Of a stretch of DNA of 64,000 nt, positions 50,376 to 63,537 are shown one piece after another. Source of the stretch: Stegostoma tigrinum (Eukaryota). A program made the position numbers and the translations under genes. The DNA is taken from contig NC_081358.1 in assembly GCF_030684315.1 (NCBI RefSeq), positions 3,038,001 to 3,102,000 on the forward strand, given 5' to 3'. Positions within the stretch are counted from its first letter, which is position 1, and each line of letters begins with the position of its first letter. The notes under the pieces were generated by a model. The model did no database searches. It was not told the DNA's origin and was given only the letters and a program-made list of their open reading frames with translations.

Positions 50376-51769
50376 ATTCATTGTTGTAAAACAGATGAAT
50401 TGCTCGCTGTTGGCATTAGATCAATTACAATATCTCTTACTCACACTTGGGGTATTCTATACATAGACTGTTCAATGAATATAATAGCAGCTCATACCGT
50501 AAAAACACTATCCTAATCTTGGCCATCACTTTGTCTGCACATGTATTCCTGTACGAAAAATGGGAGGCAGCACAGTGATATGCAGATGGGCGGATTGTGC
50601 AGGAGTTCTAAATGTGTACTATGAAACCTCTGAATTTTTATGTGATCTTTTTCAATAAACTAGATCAGACACATTTTGACACCCCTCTGGCACAGTTGGG
50701 ACTTGAAGCCAGAACTCCTGGTTGATGTGATAAGGGTACTACTACTGCATCACATCAGCCATTTGAAATTTGTAATCCGCTCAAAGATGGGTGGAAAACC
50801 TTTTGTTGATGGTCATATGCCGCTCTCAGCTGATGAACCTAATGGCTGGGAGGCCATCAGGGTGGTGCTATGTCAATTTGGTCCATCATTAGATGAGAAA
50901 GAAGAGTATTTGCTGATGATTGCAATGTTCACAATCATTCATGATTAATCAGATATTGAATCTGTCTGTGTCTATATGACGCAGAACCTGGATAACATTC
51001 AGGCTTGAGCTGAGAAGTTCACACATTGCTAAGCAATGATCATCTGCAACATTAGGGAATCAAAGCACCTTTAATGTTTTGGCAAAGATCTGCAGCTGGG
51101 CTTGTGGATGAAGTTGTTGCCTCGCTCACCCAGCTGGCTTGTTCTCGTTCAGACATTTTGACACCATGCTAGGTGACATCACTAGTGGAGCCTCTGATGA
51201 AGTGATGTTGTTCTATTCCACTTGGAATTTTTACAGTCTCATTCTTTATGGTGAGTAGTGTCATTTCAGGTTTTGATCTGTGTGTGCTTGTACGTGGAGT
51301 CCAATACTGTATGTCTGGAGATTGCATTACGGGTGGAGAACCATGACTCTCAGATTCTATGCATGTCTACGTTTAGCTTGGCCTACTGTGGTTATGTCGG
51401 CCCAGTTAAACAATTGTGGTCCCATCATTGATCATACCACTAGCCACTGGAAACAAAAAACAACCAATTAGCCTAACCGTTTACATTTTGTTAATTGACC
51501 AATCTTCTATCTATGCTAATACATTACCCATAATGCTATGCACTTCTTTATTACGCAGAAGCCTTTTGTGAAGCACTTTGTTCAATGCTTTCTGGAAATC
51601 CAGCTACACCACATTCACTGCTTCCCCCCTGTCCTCCACACTCATACCGTCCACACAAAATTCCAGTAAATTAGTTAAATGTGACTTGCCTTTCATGAAC
51701 CCACGCTGCGTCTGGCTACTGGGAGCATTCCAATCCAGATGTTTTGCTATTTCTTCCTTTGTTCTTTTT

Positions 51770-54700
51770 GGCCTATTCTTCGTGAAAAGGGTCCTGCTGG
51801 ACTGCTGTGGACATGTACTGCCTGCAGGATTTCCCCGGGGGAGGATTTTTTGACGTAACCTTGGGGGGGGGGAGAGCCTCCTAGTAGTGGATGTCACCTA
51901 CAAGAACGATCCCCTGAGGCTGATCAGCGTGTACGCCCCAGCGGTACGGAATGAGCAGTTGGCTGTCCTGCAGCGGCTTCCACCCCTGCTGGCTATGTCC
52001 AGGCCGGTCACCCGAGCCGGAGTCTTCAACTGCATCATCGCTGCAGATGGAAGATCTGGCATGGGGAAGTAAACTGGACGTCATGTCCAGATTCCGGATG
52101 GGCACGGTGAAGGACACCAAGCTGCTCGACACCTTCAGCACCACTGCAGACGGACCGCAGCGGAGATACACCTGGTCACAGCCAGACGGGTCTATCCACT
52201 TAAGAATAGACTTGCTGTTTGTGTCGCGGGCGTTCCTGGTCGGGTCCACCGGAATCGAGCAGGTGTTCTTCTCTGACCACTGCCTCCTGCTGGCTGACTG
52301 TCACTTACAGGATGACCAGCAGGCCGGCAAGGGGACGTGGAAGCTCAACATCACTCTGTTGACCTCAGAGAACATCGGGGAGCTCAAGAGGGAGTACGTT
52401 GGTTGGAGAACCGTGAAATCCCTCTTTGACTCTCCGGGCAACTGGTGGGAGATGGTCAAGGATAAAATCAAGGGGTTCTTTGTCCTCAAGTGTGTTTGGA
52501 AGGTGAGAGAGAGGCGGGGAAAGCTGTCACGTCTCCAGAAAAGGATGCAGAACCTGCTTCTTCTTCAGTCAATGGGGGTTGATGTCACAGAGGACCTCCG
52601 CAAGGTAAGGGGACTGCAAGCCTCGCTGTTCGCTGCACAGGCCTCCAAGATAATCTTCCTGTCCAGAGTCCGCTCCTTGCATTTCTTCTTTCAGAAGGTG
52701 CACAAAGAGAGCTCTGTGCTTAGCCGGCTGAAGGAGGACGAAGGCTCGGTAATGTTGTGTCAGTCTGACATCCTGAGGAACTATGCCGGACTGTACAACA
52801 CGAAGCCCACGGACAGTGCCGCCTCCGAGTTGTTCCTGTCTACACGGGAGGTCTTAGCCCTCGGCACGCGGGAGTGGCTGGACCGGCTAATATCCCTGGA
52901 CGAGCTGACCGGAGCCCTCAAATCCTCTGAGGAGCAAGACTCCCGGGAGCGACGGCTTACCGGTCGAGCTGTATTGTACTCTGTGGGACCTGGTCAGCCA
53001 GGACCTGCTGGAGGTGTACGACATTGCACGTCGGGCAGGGGAAATGTGCACGTCCATGAGGAAGGGCATCATCACCCTCATTTACAAGAAGAAGGGGGAG
53101 AGGGAAGAAATTAAGAATTGGTGTCCTATTTCATTATTGAACATGGACTATCATGTCCTGGCCAAGGTCATAGCCAACCAGGTCAGGTCTGTCCTCGAGT
53201 CGGTGATTCATCCTGACCAAACCTGTGCTGTGCTGGGCAGGAAGATCGCTGAGAGCCTTGCGCTCATCAGGGATACGATCACCTACGTACAGGACAGGAG
53301 GGTGGACGCCTGCCTCGTCAGCCTGGACCAGGAGAAGGCCTTCGACAGGGTCTCTCATGCTTACATGAGGGACGTCCTCTCCAAATTGGCATTCGGGGAG
53401 GGCATCCGCAATTGGATCCGGCTGCTCTACACCAACATCGTTAGCGTATTGATGAGCGTGCACCTGTGGACCACATCTTCTTCGTGAAGAGGGTCCTGCT
53501 GGACTACTGTGGGTTTGCTGCTGTGGTCTCAATCAACAGGTGGGAATTGAACAGTTTTCCCGTCAGATCTGGAGTCAGGCAGGGTTGCCCACTCTCTCCT
53601 ACCTTGTTCGTGAGCTGCATGGAGCCCTTCGCCGCATCCATCAGGAAGGACGTGAGCCTGAAGGGCGTGACTATCCCAGGCAGCGGAGGCCTGCAGGTCA
53701 AGACCTCCCTGTACATGGATGATGTCGCCGTCTTCTGCACCGATCGTCGGTTGGTGAGTAGGCTGTTGGACATCTGCGGCCAGTTTGAACTGGCCTCGGG
53801 TGCCAAAGTCAATAGGGGTAAGAGCGAGGCCATGTTCTTCGGGAACTGGGACGACCACTCCTTCATCCCCTTCACCGTCAGGACAGACTACCTGAAGGTG
53901 CTGGGTGTTTTGTTTGGTGGAGCTGGGGCGTGCACTAAGACTTGGGAGGAGCATATCACCAAACTGAAGCAGAAGCTGGGCAGGTGGACGCTCCGGTCCC
54001 TCTCCATCGTGGGCAAGAACCTGGTTGTCAGGTGCAAGGGGCTTTCGTTACTGTTGTATGTGGCGCAGGCCTGGCCTATTCCCCGCATCTGCACCGCTGC
54101 GGTCGCCCGGGCCATCTTCCACTTCATTTGGGGGTCGAGGATGGACCAGGTCCGCGGGGATACCATGTACAAAGACCTGGAAAACGGGGGAAAGGGCGTT
54201 CCGAATGCCACCCTCACCCTGATGGCTACCTTTTGTGTGTGGCTGCATCAAGCAGTGCGTAGACCCTCAGTACGCAAACACCAAGTGTCACTGCTTACTG
54301 AGGTTCTGCCTGTCCCCGGTGTTGCAAGGGATGGGCCTGGCGTCATTGCCGCGGAACGCTCCAACTAGTTGGACTGTCCCGTACCACCTGTCCTTCGTGG
54401 AGAAATTTTGGAAATGAAACACCTTTGGCCACAAGGCCGTCAGGCAGTGGTCAGCACGTAGTATCGTCGAGACCCTTCCGGAAAAGGAGAGGGTGGATCC
54501 CGTTGTGTGGTTCCCCACGCAGACTGCCAAAGTCGTTTGGCAGAATGCCTCATCGCCAGAACTTTTAAACAAGCACAAGGACATTGCTTAGCTGGCGGTG
54601 AGAGGGGCTCTGCCAGTGAGATACGCCCGGAATCTCTGCGCCACTGCACGCTGCCCTCGAGGTGGCTGCGGGGGTGGAACGAGACTGTCGATCACCTCCT

Positions 54701-56083
54701 TCTGGAGTGTGCCTATGCGCAGGAGGTCTGGAGGGGGATGCAGTGGTATTTGTCGAGGTTCGTCCCGAGAAGCTCCGTGACGCGGGACTCCGTGCTCTAC
54801 AGGCTGCTTCCCGGGACGCACACCGGGACCAACATCAAATGCGCCTGGAGGACCATCAATGCGGTGAAAGACACTCTTTGGTCTGCCCGCAACTTGCTGG
54901 TCTGCCAGCTGAAAGAACTGACCCCGACCGAGTGTTGCAGACTGGCGCACTCCAAGGTCCAGGACTACGTGCTGAGGGACGCGCTAAAGCTTGGGGCAGC
55001 CGCCGCCAAGGCGCGGTGGGGAAAGACCACGGTATGAAACCCTTCGGCCGCAATGTAACAGGGGCCCTATTCGGTAACTGGGTCCCGCTGGAGCCTTCCC
55101 CAACTGCTCAGGAGGCCAACGGGGACTGTGCAGTGAGATGACCGCCGGGTTTTGTTTTGTTTTGTTTTGTTTTCCTTTTAGTTGGTGTACGTACTCCCAG
55201 GGTAGCCCGGAGCGGCTAGCATGACGGGGTAGGTGTGAGATGTTAATGTGATAATATCCCATTGATTTCTATACTTCTATAAATTAGTCTTTTATCTGCA
55301 TTTGATTCCTATACAGAGACTTTAATTGATAGAAGTAAACTCTTATCTACCTCCACATCGGTATGCAGGCACTGCCCTGAAGCTTCCTGCCCAGCTAGGA
55401 ATTCAGTGTAAAGCTTTTGTAACTCCTGATCTTCTCACACATCGGTATGCAGACACTGTCTGAAGCTTCCTGGCTGAATTAAAATTAGAATTAAACTGTT
55501 TCAAATAGGGTTAGGTGGGGAAATTTTGGAAAGGTGTGAAACCTCTAAAGCATGTAATTTCTGTCACTGACACAGGGGCCAGGGCACTGATTTTGTTCTA
55601 GCCAGACATACTGGCAACTTGAAATCACAATCTGTCCCGGACAACAACTCGAAATCGCCTCCTGCCATTAGCAGCTACTTCACTGGCAATCAATACTATA
55701 TCCTGGTCTTTTATGTTGTTGGATGTAATAATTGCTTGGTATCCTGTTTTTGTCAGTTGTAGTAATTGTTTTATGTATCATGTCATTGTAAATTGTGAAA
55801 TCGTTTTATGTATCATGTCTTTTGTAAAGTAGAAAACGCGGGGACTGTCCGCTGCTCGGGGAGAATTACTTGCGAGACTCTGCACTCTGTGCACTGTTGA
55901 GTACAATGATTCTCCATGGCTTGTACTTGCTTGGTAATAAAAGGATTTGTGTTTTTCTAAACAGGTCAGTGTCTTGTTATTGCAACAAGTCTGTGAGGGT
56001 CTCCAAAAACGAACTTGACAGGTGTATGAATGTTTATTTTTTGTACATTCTCTGAATAAAGTATATTTTTTTAAATAAAAAAA
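51770..56083 (+). mobile_element. Tx1/L1-clade LINE, 5'-rearranged, with long 3' UTR and A-rich tail
   Basis: RLISVYAP, YTWS..RID..SDH (APE), LDQEKAFDRV, GVRQGCPLSP, LYMDD, ETVDHLLLEC zinc knuckle; AATAAA and A-tail at ~56055-56083. Confidence 0.9.
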
Positions 56084-56974
56084 TCAAGCATTTTTGCAAT
56101 TTGGAGGTTAAATTAATGGGCTAACATCAACCATTTTTTGGTTACCTCAATTTTTTTAAAGCGTGGTTTCATATCTATTGTTTTACAATCCTCCGGAGCT
56201 GCTCCAGAATTCATTGAATTTTGATAAATTATCACGAACTCATTGGCCAGAAAACTTGTCAACATTTAGCCCTATTCACATGTCAACACCACATCTTCAG
56301 TGATAATGATTATTTCGAGGTCCTCACCCACCATTGCCTCCTTGTCATTAGTTATTGGCAGGTTATTTCTGTCTCCACTGTGAAAACCAACACAAAATAC
56401 CTGGTCTGTGCCTTGGTCATTTCTTCCTTTCCCATTATTAAATCCGTCTTCTCCCCCACTAAAGGACCAATACCTACCCTAGCAGTTTGTGTTTCTTTTT
56501 TGGTTTTTGTATTTGTAGAAATTGTTCTGAGCTAATTCAATCTCATTATGTTACCTTTCTTTATAGCTTTATTTGTGGCTTTCTGTTGACATGTAAACAT
56601 TTTTCACTAATTTTTGTCACTTTGTATGCTTTAACTTTTAATTTCATACACTCCTTTATTTAGTTAGTTTTCTGCAGCTGGTTATCGATTTTCATGCAGC
56701 CCTTCCTCTTCACTGGTCTATGCTTCTGCTGAGCACTGTGAAAAATCGCTCCGAAGTCTTCCACTGTTCCTAAATTGTCCCACAATGTAGTTTTTGCTCC
56801 GAGTCAACTTTAGTAACATCCTTCCTGATCCAACTGTCTCCTTTGTTTAAGAACAAGTCACTAGTCATGGAGTTTACTCCTCACCCTCCATCTGTATTTT
56901 AAATTCAACCAAACAGTGACTGCACCTTCGCAGTGAGGTTAAAATTGTGATCAGAGGTAATTGGAACTGCAGAC

Positions 56975-58410
56975 CTCATGCTCCCCAGAGGAGCTCGAAC
57001 AGTTCATCCACTTCACCAACACCTTCCACCCCAACCTCAAGTTCACCTGGACTATCTCTAACACCTCCCCCACCTTCCTGGGCCTCTCTGTCTCCATCTC
57101 AGGCAACTACCTAGAAACCGATATCCATTTCAAGCCCACCGACTCCCATAGTTTCCTAGAATACAACTCCTCCCACCCACCTTGCTGAAAAAATTACATC
57201 CCCTATTCCCAATTCCTTCACCTCCGCTGCACTTGCTCCCAGGATGAGGCATTCTCCTCCCATATATCTCAGATGTCCTTGTTCTTCAAGGACAGCACCT
57301 CCCCCCAGCCCCCCACAGTGGTCGACAGTGCTCTCGACTGTGTCTCCCGCATTTCCCGCATGCCATCCTTCACACCCGCCCCCACAATAACCGCCAAAAG
57401 AGGATCCCCCTCGTCCTCACATACCACCCCACCAACCTCCAGATACAACGCATCAACCTCCGACACTTCCGCCGTCTACAATCCGACCCCACCACCAAAG
57501 ACGTTTTTCCATCCCCACCTTTGTCTGCCTTCCGGAGAGACCACTCTCTCCGTGACTCCCTTGTTCGCTCCACACTGCCCTCCATCCCCACCACACCAGG
57601 CACCTTCCCCTGCAACCGCAGGAAATGCTACACTTGCCCCCACACCTCCTCCCTCACCCCCGTCCCAGACCCCAAGATGACTTTCCACATCAAGCAGATG
57701 TTCATCTGCACATCTGCCAATGTGGTATACTGCATCCGCTGTACCCATTGTGGCTTCCTCTACATTGGGGAAACCAAGCGGAGGCATGGGGACCGCTTTG
57801 CAGAACACCTCCGCTCAGTTCGCAATAAACAATTGCACCTCCCGGCCTCGAACCATTTCAACTCCCCCTCCCAATCCTTAGACAACATGTCGATCCTGGG
57901 CCTCCTGCAGTGCCACAATGATGCCACCCGAAGGTTGCAGGAACAGCAACTCATATTCTGCTTGGGAACCCTGCAGCCCAATGGTATCAATGTGGATTTC
58001 ACAAGCCCCTACCCCCACTGCATCCCAAAATCTCCCCTTTCCCCACTGTATCCCTAAACCAGCCCAGCTCGTCCCCGCCTGCCTAACCTGTTCTTCCTCT
58101 CACCTATCCCCTCCTCCCACCTCAAGGCGCACCTCCATTTCCTACCTACTAACCTCATCCCGCCCCCTTGACCTGTCCATCCTCCCTGGACTTGACCTAT
58201 CCCCTCCCTACCTTCCCACCTATCCTCTCCTCTCCACCTATCTTCTCCTCTATTCATTTTCGGTCTGCCTCCCCCTCTCTCCCTATTTAATTCAGATCCC
58301 TCTCCCCATCCCCCTTTTCTGAAGAAGGGTCTAGGCCCGAAATGTTAGGTTTTGTGCTCCTAAGATGCTGCTTGGTTTGCTGTGTTCATCCAGCTCCACA
58401 CTTCGTGATC
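56975..58410 (+). mobile_element. Degenerate PLE family 1 copy
   Basis: EELEQFIHFTNTFHP...VYCIRC..LYIGETK; hammerhead remnant ~58319. Confidence 0.88.
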
Positions 58411-59401
58411 AGTGATTTCACCTCGCTAGACGATCCTTTCTGAAGAAGGATCCAGGCACAAATCGTCGACTCTCCTGGGCCTCTGATGCTGCCTGGCCTG
58501 TGTTCCTCCAACTCCACATTGTGTTATCCCTACCAATGAGTTCCTTTACTATTCCTGTTTCAACATACAGGACCAGATCAAGACAGCTTTTTCCCTCGTT
58601 AATCCTCTTCCATACTGTTCGAGGAAACTAGGGCAGATACATTCTCGGAACTCCTCCTCAATCTGGTTTGAATGACTTGGTTTGACCAATCAATATCCGG
58701 ATTAAGATCTCCCATGATAATTGCAGCACTATTTTTACAGACAAATCCTTTGTTTATTGCCCACCCCACCGACATGGAATTAGTTGGTGGCTGATGAACT
58801 GCGCCTATCAGTGAATGATCATTTGTACCCCGAATGTAGATTTTGTTGGGATGTTTGCCGTAGATTTCCTACTGGGAACAGCAGGATCATGAACAACAAC
58901 TTTAGTTAAGATGATTAGGAGTTCAGAACATATATTTCTTTGCCAATATTTCGGGAATCCACCCTTCGAGAGAATGGAGCGAATTCACTGTCAAATTTGA
59001 TAATTTTTGTTACAGTTGCGTCTGCTTCACTCCTCGCCCCGCCCACTCCACTCACTGAGTCTACCCGCGCTCACCTCCCAGTCTAGTGCAAGTGAGCAGA
59101 TTAACTCGGAGCAACTTCTTTAAAATTTACAACCCGAAACGGGATTTTAAATTAACACTTCCCGTGTCTGTGAAAGCAAAATAAACCAATGACAAACACG
59201 GAGAATAAGCGGTCTCACATTTTATGAAGGAGCATTAAAGTGGGCGGGTTCAATTTATGCTGAGAGCGGAAATTCCCGCCGTTGAGGGGCGGGGTTGGTG
59301 TGGGGTTGGGGGTGTGGGAGAGGCAGAGGAGATCTCGCCTCCTTTATAGACATGACCCTGAGCAGCAGTAACCCAGTACCGAGCGAGCCGGTCACTGCAC
59401 C

Positions 59402-59822
59402 ATGTTCCGGGTAATTGTGGCGCTACTTTTGTCCTGTGCGTATTTAAGTGTCTTTACTGAAGTTTACTTAGTTGCCAGTCCTTCATTCATCATCGTTTAA
59501 AACGTAACTTTGTTAATTTTATTTTCCCAGATGTGCGTTTGGCTGAGTCTATAACACAGTCACCGATATCGTATGTAACCAAGCTCGGTAAAAGTGCCAG
59601 GTTTAAATGTACCGTAGACAGCGGCAGCACCACGGTCCATTGGTACCAGCGCCGGGAAGGTCAGGCGCCCTCCAGAATACTTTATTATGGCAGCAGCGTC
59701 GTACGGGATCCGGAATTCGGCAGCAGGTTTAAAGCGGATAAGAGGAACACTTTGTGCACTTTGATCATCAATAACATCGAGAAGGAAGACGCTGCCACAT
59801 ATTACTGCGCCTATTGGGACAG
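59402..59822 (+). CDS. TRGV: TCR gamma V segment, type C copy 2, apparently functional (leader 59402-59435, V exon 59531-59822)
   Basis: Identical to the 29.5 kb gene except one CDR2 base (GAC>GGC, D>G, 59690). Confidence 0.92.
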
Positions 59823-59861
59823 CACAGTGTTCAACAGAGACTGAAAGCCTTTACAAATACA
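59823..59861 (+). other. 23-RSS of V at 59.4 kb
   Basis: CACAGTG + 23 nt + ACAAATACA. Confidence 0.92.
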
Positions 59862-60004
59862 CGGCGCTTCAGCTCGGTCTACACTCAGCTCCCACACCAA
59901 CAACACCAGCTTGCATTTATAAAGCGCCTTTAACGTAGGAAATCGTCCTACTTAGTCTTGGAAGATACAGCATTAAACAAATTTTAATATGAAGCTTTTA
60001 ATAC

Positions 60005-61625
60005 ATCATCGAATAAAAACCGAAAGAACTACTGACGCTGTCAATAAAGAACAAAAACAGTAGCTGCTGAAAAATGCTCAGCAGGTCTTCCAGCATCTGT
60101 GAAGAAAAATCAGAATTAACTATTCGGGCCGAGTGACCCTTCCTCAGAGCTACGATAGTTGGGGAAACGTCGGTTTATGTGCAGAAAATAAGGCTTAGAT
60201 GGGGTCGGGAGTAAACGAGAGGATCGAGCATGAAAAGAGCAGTTGGATAGACAACGGAGTTGATAACGATCTGGCTAAGAGGGTGAGCAGTTGTTACAGG
60301 AGACTGTTAGTCACTAACAATAGGTAGTGTGTAATTGCAGGCTACGTGATAACAGGGCCTGGTGTGTGCGGTAGACAGCTAGGTCATGGGAGAGTCTAGG
60401 CCCTAAAATTATTGAACTCGATATTGAGCCAGGAGGGCTGCAAGGTCCTCAAGCCGAAAAAGAGGGAGTTCTTCTGGGATAATCGGGACTGCAGATGCTG
60501 GAGAATCCGAGATAACAAAGTGTGGAGCTGGATGAACACAACCGGCCAAACAGCATCTTAGGACCAGAAGGGTGAAGGGTCTGATGAGGGGTCTAGGCCT
60601 GAAACGTCAGCTTTTGTGCTCCTAAGATGCTGCTTGGCCTGCTGTGTTCATCCAGCTCCACACTTTGTTATGTCTCTACTTCTTCTGGCTTCTTCTGAGC
60701 TACACTGGAACACTGCAGCTAGCTTGAGACTGAGATGTTGGCCAGGGAACAGAGTGGTGTGTTAAAGTGGCAGGCAACAAGTAGTTCAGGGTCATTTTGA
60801 AGGCAGAACGTGGGTGTTCTGGAAGCCGGCAGCCAGTCTATGCTTGGTTTCCCCAAAGTAGAGGAGATCACATTGTGAGCAGCCAATGCAGTAGACTAGA
60901 TTCTGCAAATTGCAGGTGAATTGTTGCTTCACATTGAAGGTATGTTTGGACCCTTGAATGGTGGGGTGAGAGGAGGTAAATGGGCAGGTGTTACACCTTC
61001 ACCAGTTGCAGGAGAAAGTGCATTAGGGCCGTGGGGTGTGTTGGGAGTGAAGGAAATGCGGACCAGGGTGTTCTTGAGGGAACTGTCCCTGCAGAAGCGG
61101 GCTAGGGAGGGTAGGTGAATATGTGCCTGGTGGTGGCATCACACTGGAGGTGGCAGAAGTAGTGTCTGATGATCTTCCCGATGTGGATGCTGGTGCGATG
61201 GTAGGTGAGCACAACGGGAACCCAATCACTCTTGAGGGAGGGAAGAGTAGGGGTGAGGGCGGAAGTGCGGCAGATGGGTTTGGTCGACACGCAGCTGGAG
61301 AATCCTCGTCTGAGGAAAAATGTGGATTTTTTGGAGGCTCCCTTGTCGAAGTTGGCCTCATCTGAACATATGTGACAGAGACGGAGGAACTGAGAGTATG
61401 GGATGGAGTCTTTACCAGAAGTGGGATGTGATGATGTATAGTCCAGGTAGCTGTGGGAGTTGGTGGGTTTATAGTGGATATTAGTGGCCAGTCTATCCCC
61501 CAAAATGGAAGTAGAGATGTCAAAGAAGGGATGGGAGGTGTCAGAGATAGACCAGGTGATAGTGAGGGCAGGGTGAAATTGGAAGCGAATTTGATGGACT
61601 TTTCCAATTCAGAACAAGAGCAAAT
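60005..61625 (-). mobile_element. Older PLE copy with nested mini-palindrome (~60478-60671)
   Basis: HYKPTNSHSYLDYTSSHP...IPYSQFLRL on the minus strand; TSD ttcttctgg around the nested hairpin. Confidence 0.8.
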
Positions 61626-63099
61626 GTCTGCTTGAGGCGGGCTCTTTGTTTTCAATTGTGAGGGATCACTTTGGGTATGACATGTGTTAGCATGTAAATC
61701 CACTTTGAGTTCCGGCTTTGATTAGAATGAGATAGGAGGTTCTAGAGAACTTCATGAATCATTTACGATCTATTTTCACATTTTCTTAACGAAAAAATGT
61801 GGTCAGGCTAAAAGAGCAGTGAGTTAAACTGCAGAAACACGCACTGATGCAGCACACAGTTTCCATAAAAATGCAACGTAGCTGAACCAGCATTAACCCG
61901 GCGGCCACATCTGGAAACAGAATCGGACAATGGCCCGGTAAAGGCCAAAGCAATCGGGATCATTCAAGGATGGGAATTGGGAGCAGACTTGGCACAGGAG
62001 ATGAGCGGGCACCTGGGAAAATTGGGAGTGGTGAGACCAGGAGTGGAATGTGCAAATAGCAACGTGCATGTCAAAAACAGGCGATTTCTCAATTCGAGTA
62101 ATGTCCTGTCCTCGTGACGCGCAATGTATGAAGACCCATTAGGCTTGTTGAGTTAGAGTGTTACCTGGGAAATTTTTGCTGGGGTGGACTCATCCAATGT
62201 TGGCTCAATAAAAGATCGTTGACCTGTGCCGGGAAGACTAATGTTATTACGTGCAATAATCTACCACAACAGCATGAAAAAAGACAAACATTCTGATACT
62301 GTCCAATTCATTCCAAAGTTAAAAAATAATAGGTCCAATAATTTTGATTTACATTGCCTTGAGTTTAGATTATTAAGATTCGATCTAATTGAGCTATTGT
62401 AATTGAGAAAGAGTCGGTGGGGGGGGGGAGCGTGAGGGGATTGTCTGGAACGATTGAACAAAATCTTTATTTAAAAAAAGAACGCTGTCGCTCAGAGATG
62501 ATTATAGTTAGCACTAAACAGTGGCATTAACTTCGCCTAAAACGCTAAGATGTTCAGGATGAAATTAAACTTTAAGGGTCCCGACAGGAACGTCAAATTT
62601 CCTGCTCCTCTGATGCAGCCTGTCCTTTTGTGTTCCTCCAGCTCCACACTGTGTTGTTCATGATTCTGCTGTCGCCGTTTCCACCTTCACTGGGCCCACC
62701 TTTTGTTTCTGTTCACTTTCCATTACCATCACCGTTCCCTTTGCCCTCTCATCCCTCTTGTTATTTAACTCCCCTTTCCTCCAGCCGGTCACAGACTTCC
62801 CTTTTGTTGAAAGCTCCCCCTTCCCTGTTTCCCTGCCTTCTTACGGGCTTAACACTCTGTCAATGTCTTAACGCTTTCCTGCTCAGGTCTCTGAAGTGTT
62901 AACTCTGTTTCTGTCTCACCAAAGTTGCTGCTTCAGTATTTCCAATATTTTCTGTTTATATTGCAAAGAACCAACTTGCAGTGCAGGGGGCGGGCTTGAA
63001 ACCCTGACCAATATCTCACTGATTGGTTTGAAGGAAGTGAATCGTTTCCTTTTAGTCTCTAACCAGCAGCTGGAGAGAACAGTTGAAGATTGAGTGAAC

Positions 63100-63537
63100 A
63101 TGTCGCTGTACTGCTGGCTCATTGCGGTAACCGCTTTGCCCTGTATGTGTTTCTGACGCTATTATTCAGATCCCGCTGTTCATTCACATCCATCACATCG
63201 TTCCTTTGTAACGCTGTATATTCTTTCCTCAGGCGGATATTTTGCACAAACACTGAAACAGATTGTCCCATCCATTACCAAAACTGTGGGTAAAACCGCT
63301 AGATTCAAATGCGAAGTCGAAGGTGCAACTATTACTGCCACTGATCCCCTTCACTGGTACCAGCACAAGCCGGGCCAGGCACCCACCCGAATCCTTTATT
63401 ATGGATCAGGCGCAACGCGGGATCCGGGATTCGGTGAACGGTTCAAAGCCGGGAAATCTAACAACAAAGTATTCTACCTCACAATCGACAAACTAGAGCC
63501 AGAGGACACCGCCACCTATTACTGTGCGTACTGGATA
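63100..63537 (+). CDS. TRGV: TCR gamma V segment, type A copy 3, apparently functional (leader 63100-63142, intron 63143-63232, V exon 63233-63537)
   Basis: QTLKQ...RFKC...LHWYQ...DTATYYCAYWI; canonical splice sites. Confidence 0.93.
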
